From: Lingula anatina
Lineage: Eukaryota; Animalia; Brachiopoda
Assembly (NCBI GenBank): GCA_051362555.1
Contig: CM120644.1
Location: 11,058,567-11,122,566 of the forward strand
Direction of reading: 5' to 3'
DNA length: 64,000 nucleotides
Shown here: positions 55,101-64,000 of the stretch, piece by piece
Layout: each line of letters opens with the position of its first letter
Position numbering within the stretch: position 1 is the first letter of the stretch
Program-made: the position numbers and the translations under genes
Notes under the pieces: generated by a model
What the model was told of the DNA's origin: nothing
What the model saw: the letters and a program-made list of their open reading frames with translations, nothing else
The model's database searches: none

Positions 55101-55650
55101 CTGTGAAAAGAAAGATGAAACGTGAGCTTGACAGAGAAATCTACTTCTCTTTCATATTAGGAAAATCTATTAACTGTACCACCTACGGCCTTAAAAGCCA
55201 TTTCCTTTTCTGCACCATACCTTCCAGCTATTTTAATATCTGTTCAGACTGATGCTATGGTTTTCAGGGTAAATTTGGTCTCCACTACACTGTTCTGTCC
55301 CAAGGGTTATCTACTTTAATTTGATTTCTAGATTTCAGAAACAAATCTTCCCACACATTTTTTTTTAATGGAATTGCATTTCCTTGTTTTGTTTTATATT
55401 TCATGACTTTTTCACCAAAATTAAGAAATTAGCAATCTTTACATTTAGCCATAAACTGATTTAGGTCATATCTACAGTGTCACACAATCTCTTCTTGTTA
55501 TAGATGTTATTAAGCCTAAGGGAAACAATTTGATTTCTTTTTTCATATTGAAGCTCTAGGGATAAACATTTTAGTTCCACTATTCCACGGAAAGTTTGCT
55601 CACATATAATATTCAATACCTTTTAGAACAGGGAGTGCCCTATATGCTGA

Positions 55651-56011
55651 GGGTCTATTATTCTGAAAACTAAAGGAGTCTTGATCTGAAATTGACTGCT
55701 ATTCCAAATGTAGGAGGGTCGGCTATTCCGCTAGTCCAAGGGTCCACTTTTTCCAAAGATACAGATAAAATGCAAACAGCACAAAGATAACAAATTCTCG
55801 CAGAAAAGTGTACGCATAAGATAGCAAAAAGGCACACTATACAAATAGAGCTACCAGTATACATATATATATATATATACAGTCTTCTGAGGAAATTTGC
55901 TATCTTCATCCAGTTTGCTGTGTCTTTGGAATAGCAGCTCCTTGGAATGGTGGACCTTCAGGATAGCAGACATTTCGCTTTGGAATAGTGAACCCTCGGA
56001 TTAACAGACCC
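55651..56011. mobile_element. Degenerate foldback-like element with subterminal GGAATAG/CTATTCC repeats
   Basis: Termini gggtctattattctga / tcggattaacagaccc; ctattcc repeats on left arm, ggaatag repeats on right arm. Confidence 0.55.
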
Positions 56012-57151
56012 TAGTATCAGTCACATGAGAACATAGGAGGGGAACATCACTTGGATTGTGGTGGATGTACCGTATAGGTGGGAGATGTTGGGGCAAGGGT
56101 CAGTTTCAGAAAAAAAAAAAAATTTATGCATGATGATGCTTCAGACCAAAAATTACTCTATTTAAGGGGACTTCTACTAGGGCCTCATTCTGAACTAACA
56201 TAGCCCACAATTTTCATTCCAGAAATTAAGACCTATGTTTGGTGTTAAGTTCTGTGGTGGCAAGTGTCCTCAGGCCTGTATAATGTCAAGAGGGTTGACC
56301 CTCCTTGGGAGGCAGATCAACTTACCTGTTGACACTAGACTCCAGCATACATACGTAGTGCTTGAGGTGTGTGTGTGTGCGCGCGCATGTGAGTGTGACT
56401 TGAAATAGCTCTCAAGCCTAATTTTTCTTTTCCTTTCCTCCCTTTATAATAGCAAATATGCCAAGATATTTGCTTATAAAAAGGGAGTCACTGCTCCATA
56501 TCTTTGCCCCCTCCATACACACATATACATATGCACACCCACATGCATGCATGCCCCCCACACACACACACACCCAAAACCCACAGACACATCGTATAAA
56601 ATGCTACATTTTCTACACTGACCAATGTGTTGAGAATAAACCTGAACCATCCATACAGTTGCTACTGTGTACACTTTTCAAAACACCATTACCCCAAAAC
56701 GCATGCTGCTGTCAATTTAAAGAAACCAAAACTTCAAAGTAACTTAATATTCCTAAAGCCCTTTCGATTGCATGTTGTTGTTTAACTTGCAATCAAGCAG
56801 TGATTGGAGTTTCAACAGAAAGGCAATTTTATGGAAGTATCTCTGAACTAAGGTCAGTGTTCAAAGAGAGTATAACACGAAAAGAAGCTGTTTTGAAATT
56901 TTTCAGTGTAAGAAAATATTCAGTAGCACACAAATGGCTAATTTTGTTAAATAATAAGTCATGTTAGTAGCAAGGGGTTTCAGACCCATGGGAGGTAGAA
57001 GTCACATCTAGAAAATGCCAATTAATGAAAAGTCAAAATTTCACCAAAAAACTTCATGAAAATTTATCTTATTATCCAAACGTTAGCCAATTAATATTCT
57101 GAATAGGTCAAAGTCATTGTTTTGAGCAGTTTCTTTTCTCAATGAGATCTT

Positions 57152-57330
57152 CAGGGACGGATCTAGGCCGTCTTCTGGGTCTTCCGGAAGATGGTCAGAA
57201 TTTCAAGTCTTTTCAAGATTTTATATAGACGGGTATCTAACTTTTTCTGTCGGAAGACGGTCAAAAATGAGGATGGATCAACAAAGATAATTTGGAAGAC
57301 TGTCAGAAAATATCTCTGGATCCGCCCCTG
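57152..57330 (-). mobile_element. MITE family A copy 4 (inverted)
   Basis: CAGGGACGGATC / GATCCGCCCCTG termini; 5-bp TSD ATCTT. Confidence 0.85.
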
Positions 57331-58734
57331 ATCTTGTGCTCTAGTATGAAGAAAAGGGGTCTCAAAATGGAGAGAACACAACCACTACTCTTAATTATCA
57401 TTATATTGAAAATTCAATTATGTTTTTTTTTTTTTTTTTTTTTTTGTAATTATATATTTCTAATTTTCCTTCTTTTATCTCATTACCTCTACACATTCAA
57501 GATGATGTCATCAATAGAGCCCATCCCCCTCTACCTTGGAGTTGAGAAAAAAAAACTTAAAAATCATGTCTATTGGGAGAATAGGAGCATCTCTTTCCAC
57601 TATCAGTAACGATAAGCCCACGTTGATTCGGTGGAAGTTGGTATCAGTCTTATGATGTGATGACATCATGATAATTACAGCAGACAAGGCAAATGTTAGT
57701 TCTTTACCACCAGTCCTCTTATCTGTAATTTTTGATATAATTACAACAAATGATGAATACAGGGGACAAGGCAAACTTTAAGATAAGTTATTTGCAATCA
57801 GTCCTCTGACTCTCAGGGTGCAATCATGATAAATGATGATTACAGTTGACAGGGCACTTCTGATTCATTAATTTTAATAACATCATCACTCACTGTGATA
57901 CTTTTGTTACTCAACAAGCTGCAGCTAATTAAGTTTCACCATCACATGACAGTTCTAGGTGTTTTTCTTGGAAGAGTTATGAAGGTCACATTGTCATGAC
58001 CACCGAAAAAAAATGGAAAATAATTTTTGATAGCAATGATAAAATAAAAAACTAAAATCACAGTTATTTCGTAACTCCAAAAGCTGTCACACTAATAATA
58101 GGATGATATACCAGAGATCTTTAAGCAATGAATTTTGAAGTGCCTGTACTAATGCCCCTTTCCCCCGCAGACCCACCACTTATCGCAGAATATGCCGACT
58201 ACCTGAGATTTCACTGAGAAAAAAAAATCCTTTCAACATACCCCTCTACGACTACTTCACTTCCCAGCACTCAAAGTTTATCTCAAATTTCTACCCCTGA
58301 CTTAACAGTAGCAAAGCTCTTACATCTTAAACTTTAAAAACTGCACTTTTTATATACCTGTAAGTGTGCTGCTACAGCTTTTTACGCTTCACTCAATTGG
58401 TTTACAAGAATGTTTCACTTTGCAACCCCCTTTTTTAAACATTTTTTCAAGAACTTGGTTACTTCAACTACAAGAGGAAATCTCTTTGCAAACTCACAAA
58501 CAGAAAACCGGGGCACCGCTCAGCAGTTCACACAATTTGTTTCATTTGGCCACAGGCGTACAAATAATGATGTTGAAATATGTGTCCCTCTCAATACGTG
58601 GGCCTAGCTGACACAATGGCCGAGTTCAACCAAGAGGGAAAGTCAACTAGCTCTCGGATATTATTCCAATAATGAACACAGAGACTCTAATTATGCGTCT
58701 GATGACTATAAATAGCCTACAGGGAAAAAACGAT

Positions 58735-58793
58735 CTCAGAATTCGAACCTTCAGAGCTCAGTGTGTATGTTCCATTTCTACTGTCTGCGCCAC
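58735..58793 (-). mobile_element. Possible degenerate tRNA-derived SINE head
   Basis: Minus strand GTGGCGCAGACAG (A-box-like) ~30 nt before GGTTCGAATTC (B-box); no cloverleaf. Confidence 0.35.
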
Positions 58794-58839
58794 ATGATAC
58801 TTTTTATTACATTACATCAAAATTTCTAAAGTAAAGATG

Positions 58840-58999
58840 CAGGTCCATAGCCAGCAAATTTAAAAGGGGGGTTCTTTTCCTCGAAAAAGTGGACCTTTTA
58901 CAATGAAACCTTTGTGTACCTACATCAAATTTTTACCCAGAATGGACCTTTCCCTGACAAAAAGGGCAGTTCTTTCTAAACCCCCAAGCAAAGGGCCTG
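58840..58999 (+). mobile_element. MITE family C copy
   Basis: Colinear with 50764-50950; near 5-bp TSD agatg/agacg. Confidence 0.7.
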
Positions 59000-59352
59000 A
59001 GACGGCAGACTTTTTGATTATAAGAATATCTGACTTTCTGTTATTTGGTAACAGATGGCTTGAATTGTGCAGATGTGAAATGGAAGTTGTTGACATCATT
59101 TCATGACACTGAGGAGCAAAGATGGCAGATTGAAGCAACTGGAAATTTAGTTTAGATCGCAGTAATAAAAAGCAACTTGGAGCAAACCCAAAAAAGTGAA
59201 AAAAAAGAATGAGAAAAAAACAAAGAAATGATGAAAACAGCTATTATTTCCTGAGACATTGGGTGTCATATTACTGGTTCCTTTTGTAAACATTTGTAAA
59301 CATTTACCATTTTTGCAACAAAATAGAACTAGAAAAAGACACAGTCAGCTTT

Positions 59353-59567
59353 CACCCCATTTCCATAGATTAGATCGACCTACTTTAGATCGACCTAACT
59401 CCCTGGGGGTTCACGCTAAATAGCTGTCAGCCGGGCGGACACGAAAGTTAATTACCCCCTGAAAGCTTGTAGTAGGCGGGACGGACATTTAAGTCGGATT
59501 ATCTGAAAGTAATCTAGTGAGACTCCCCGCGGGGATAGATCGATCTAAAATCTATGGGAATAGAGCC
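59353..59567 (-). mobile_element. MITE family B, inverted near-identical copy
   Basis: Reverse complement of 47915-48129 with about 4 mismatches by my manual comparison. Confidence 0.88.
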
Positions 59568-60859
59568 TTAGACTATACATGCAATATAAGTATTAGAAAT
59601 GGCCTCGTGGTTTGAGTAGAAAAGGTGAGCAATTCAAATGCCATTATTACAGAAACATCCTTATTTTCATGCCTTGCAAAATGCATGGTAATCACTCAAT
59701 CAATACAAACAAAATATATAAGTAACTTCTGTCAAATAATGTTTTATTGACAACTTTCTCAAATGTCAATTTGCAAGTTATGAAAAATGAGTTGTCTTTG
59801 TGTGAAATGGTCTAATGTTATAAGTGTCTGAAAATGATGAATCTTAAAAAGAAGAAGAATATGAATCTTTAAAAGAAGAATAATATAATAAGTTAGCCTT
59901 TTGGAAAATTTACAGAATTACTCTATTCATCAATCCTACCACCTTGCGTGTCTGCAAACGTGCGAAACAAATAACTAGAATAATCATGAAATAATCATAG
60001 AATAAATGATGGAAGGTTAAATCTGTTTTCCAACCTTTGCATTTGCTGAACATGCAAATAGTAAATAAACAGGTTGTTGAAGGCAATGTTAAAATCAAAG
60101 GGCAATTTAACAAGTAAAACATTTACTGGTATTTTTGTGATAATAATCATTTACTTTGGAAGAAAAATTTACTGAAACAGCTATGTTTTGTTTGCCCTTG
60201 TCACAAGAGCATCATCAGGCTGAAGGCCAACAGACCATTGGGTGTTGATAGATCTATATGTAAACAGATTTGGGGTGAAATGACCTGGTAAAAGATGGGG
60301 GTGGGGCAGCTGATACATGTATCCCTGTGCTCTATTCAAATAGGATTCCTTGGAACCATGAGCAATTTTAATGATAAAGTAAAATATTGTTTGGCAACAA
60401 GATTCACATAAACTTATCAAAAGCACTTCAACACACAAATGCCAATTTCACACCAAGGGAACTCAATATGTGGCCCTGGTAGAGAGCAGCTATCTAAGCA
60501 GACAGACCTCTGTCAGCCTTTTAACCTTGATGTGTTCTTTAAATTGCTTCTTTTGTCCACTCCGAATGTCCTCTTTCAAATATTTCTGTACCATGTTTTT
60601 TAGTTCACATGGGGATAAAGACTTGGAGTGAGCTGGGTCAGAAACAAAATTTAGTGTGTGTGTGTATGTGTGTCTGAATGTGGTAGTATGTATTGTAGGA
60701 GAACATGTTTTGGTATAGGTATAACAATCTACATTTTTCTTTGTTTTATAAAAAGCAATCACCATAAATGTATGCAGAAAGAACTTCCTTTATAGAACTT
60801 TGAAAAACTATAACAGGTAAAACAGCCAACTTTTCTATACATTTACACTAAGCAATACA

Positions 60860-60900
<41 letters not shown>

Positions 60901-61249
60901 TGCACACAGACACACACTAGAGAGAGAGAGACGGTTGCACGTTCCATTAACTCTTGAGTCAAAACAAAATCAAGATCAAAATCAAAATGTCCCATTTCAT
61001 CTGCAGTCAACAAAGCTGAACTGCCAGCGCGACCATGTTCACACTGTGCTGAGATGCAGCACCAAGTACAAATAGAGATATTTTCCTTAGATACCAAAGA
61101 TATTTCTCTGGCTATCCCTGTGCCCATTTCTGTTCTGTGTCCAGCAAGCATTCAGGTACAGAACTTGAGAAATGAAGTCATCCTCCATTTAGTCTCTAGT
61201 CTAGATACAGCCTGTTTTCATGGAGCATAGAGAAAAGTTAAAAGGCTTA

Positions 61250-61476
61250 GGGACCATTCCCAGACCCTATTGTACTTACTGTGAATTGATCCATCTCCAA
61301 GGGGGTCTCACTAAATTGCAATCAACTTCAGCGGCTTAGATGTCTGTCACGTCTACTGAAGCTGCTAGGGGGTAATTAATATTTTTAGCAACTTTAGTAG
61401 GCATGCCAGGCATCTAAGCCACTTAAGCCGAAAGCAATTTAGAGAGATCGCTCGATCTTAGTATGGAAACCCAATC
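61250..61476 (+). mobile_element. MITE family B relative, old copy
   Basis: TTA flanks; shares gaccattccca, ggtctcacta, gggggtaattaa, cgatcttagtatgg with 49033-49257. Confidence 0.65.
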
Positions 61477-61522
61477 TTAGCTTTACATCATGCCAAGACC
61501 TCCAAAACAACTACTTTTCGAA

Positions 61523-61622
61523 AGTTTGGTTTGTACACATTACCAACATGTGAACGCGGCCTGGGAGAGTCTGGTTTGTACACATAACTATCATGTGAAT
61601 GCGGCCTGGGAGAGTCTGGTTT
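61523..61622. repeat. 45-bp tandem duplication (2.2 copies)
   Basis: agtctggtttgtacaca...catgtgaa.gcggcctgggag repeated. Confidence 0.8.
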
Positions 61623-64000
61623 CACTTCAAGTCAACAAATTGTTCGGTGAGAAACACAAAACCCCAAAAAACTGGTTCTATTCAAGAGCAGTTAATTCCC
61701 CATTACTGTCAGATGTTATCATATTACACCCTCAACTGGACTACTGCAGCCATATGGGGCTGGTTGGGAGCTATGAAAGCATCAGCACTCATCCCAAAAG
61801 CTGGGGAATTTGACTGCATGATGTACATGTACTACTGAATATAGTAAGATGTGGACACAATTTTTCCATAGCCTTTTTCTTTCTGAGATTTTAAGCTAGC
61901 TGGTGCATCATTTAAGTTCAGTGTGTGTGTGTGTGGGCACGTGCGTATGAGAGAGAGAGAGAGAGAGAATGCCAGTAAAAAAAAGTCACCCTGGATTTCT
62001 CTCTCTCTCTCCTGTTGCATCAAGGGGTAAAGTCCCTGACTAAGACAAGATGGGACAGTATTCGGTCTAAAACATCCTTGTCTGAACAGTAATGAAAGGC
62101 AGAATTGCAGTAGGATGGCACGTGGGAGTCTTCTTCCTGCTTAAAATCATCAAATCCTATGAAAAATGATAGAAATGTAATGTATCCTTCATATCTAACA
62201 TTAAACCCCAGTTCAGCAACAGCAGGGGTGATTCAATTGTCTCCTTTGTAGTTCAAATAATTATCCGTCTTTGTTTTCTTCTTGGAATCATGACATAAAA
62301 GCCACCTCACACTGTGGGATAAAAGCTTAGCTACCAGCCTTGGAGCCGAGCAGCTCAGCTCCTTGCCAGGTTCTACTGACTGCATGTAAATGAATTAAAA
62401 TTATGTTCTATTTACTGATTACTTTAAGCATCTTTTTGCTAATATTTCACTTATTTTAATCCTTGTATCACTTCTAATTTATTTTTGTTTTTACATTTTA
62501 TCACAGTCCAGTGTACATATTGAGACTTTCTCTTAAAGGTGAACCCATATGACCTTTAAAAGATTTCATTGTGGGTTTTTTAATACAATTATACTTTAAA
62601 TTAAAACCCAATATTAAATTACCAAGATATCAGAAAGAGGTTCTATCAAACTTCATAAAAAGGGGAGTCAAATTGAAACAACCTAATAAACCAAAGGTTA
62701 CATGTGAGAGCTCCCAGAAGCCATACATATGCTCCTTTACAATCAAATTATAATGGACGTATATATCCTTGGAAATCTTCCAAGACTCTGCTTTGTCTGA
62801 GATCTTCAATTATTAGGGTTTCCGGCTCAAAATAACCTTATTAATAGATGCATAATTGAAAAAAATCCATACCTGTCATTTTTAAACCAATTACTTTATC
62901 TTAAATGTCCTTCACTGCAAATCTTTGAAATAGAAAGGTCATGAACTGGCAGGTATTTATCTGTTAGTAATTGGTTGAACTTGCTGCCTTCAATCAAATG
63001 TACCTACTAAACCTTGCTTATTATTTCAAATCTTCTCAAATCCTCTGAAATTAAAGATGTGAGGTAAGCCGTCTTGATCAGTGGGTGTCAAGCTTAACAG
63101 TGGCCTTTTTAACTCCACAACCTGTCAATCAAAACTTGGGGGGAAACCAACAAACGGCGACGCTCCATTAAATTAGAGCGATCAATTATTGTGGTACAAT
63201 AATGGGAAACCAGTGTATTTAAGAAGTACATTAGAGTCCACCTGACATGTATTAATATTAGTTTTTGCCAACCTAGATCTGCCACTGAAAATAACACTAA
63301 GATATGGCGTCAATTTTTATTGCTAGTAAAACAAGCTTTTAGGTAACAACAGCACAAAACTGGACAAATAGTAGAACCAGTGAAATCATGACAAAGTCAT
63401 CCAATGGAGATGACAAAACTATCACTTCAAAAATAAAGTTAAAGACCTACTAGGATAACAATCAAGTATGAAAAAAAAAACGAATGAATTAAAAATGATG
63501 ACCTCCATTGCATTTTTGAAAGCATGATAAGTATTAACAGTTTCAATTTAAGGATAACTTTAACTTTAAAAAAATAAGAACTGACAGTAGTAATAAGGGT
63601 AGCCAGTCTAAAATCACTTAAGTCAGATTAAACACTAAACAATACCAGATTTAACCAGACAATTTCTTCAATAAGCGCCTTTTTTAACAACATCACCTCA
63701 AGTCACATGCTAAACCAATTTCAACTTTAAGACACACGTAGCTTAAATTCTATCCAAAATCTGTCCGCAGTAATAAAAATGGACAACCCAAATGCACTTA
63801 GTTAAATTATAGATGCCATTATGGAGCAATATCATATTATAACTAAGGGTTTCCCCTGTGGAGCATTTTTCAAAAAAACATCCGAACAATTTGATATTCA
63901 ATCATTTTTAGTTTAAAAATAAGATATAAGATAACCCCATCTGACCACAGTCTGTCAGAACTATTAACAAAAGCAGATGACTTTGCTTTACTAAACGAAA

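Noticed and set aside
58735-58793. tRNA gene
   Set aside because: A/B-box-like motifs only; no acceptor or anticodon stem pairing.

Overview
AT-rich eukaryotic (metazoan, probably invertebrate/lophotrochozoan; inference from repeat style and protein divergence) genomic DNA. The only well-supported protein-coding sequence is an intronless ZC3H10-like CCCH zinc-finger gene on the minus strand (1696-2943). The remaining ~60 kb upstream reads like a very long minus-strand intronic/5' leader region: long A runs on the plus strand (U-rich on minus) appear to outnumber T runs, and there are candidate non-coding leader exons at 54883-55100 and 37268-37343 plus an acceptor at 3278. It is filled with short non-autonomous DNA transposons (hAT-like, PIF/Harbinger-like, Kolobok-like), two Helentron/HINE-type rolling-circle elements and simple/tandem repeats. 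Almost all other six-frame ORFs are chance or repeat artefacts. No prokaryote-type system (CRISPR, operon, tRNA/rRNA) is supported. The most interesting, still hypothetical, signals are about RNA processing of this leader: uORFs, candidate recursive splice sites and a 4-nt microexon, inverted MITE pairs bracketing the leader exons, a MITE that forms a perfect GT..AG intron with its TSD, and a CUGAC/YGCY-rich satellite next to a donor site.
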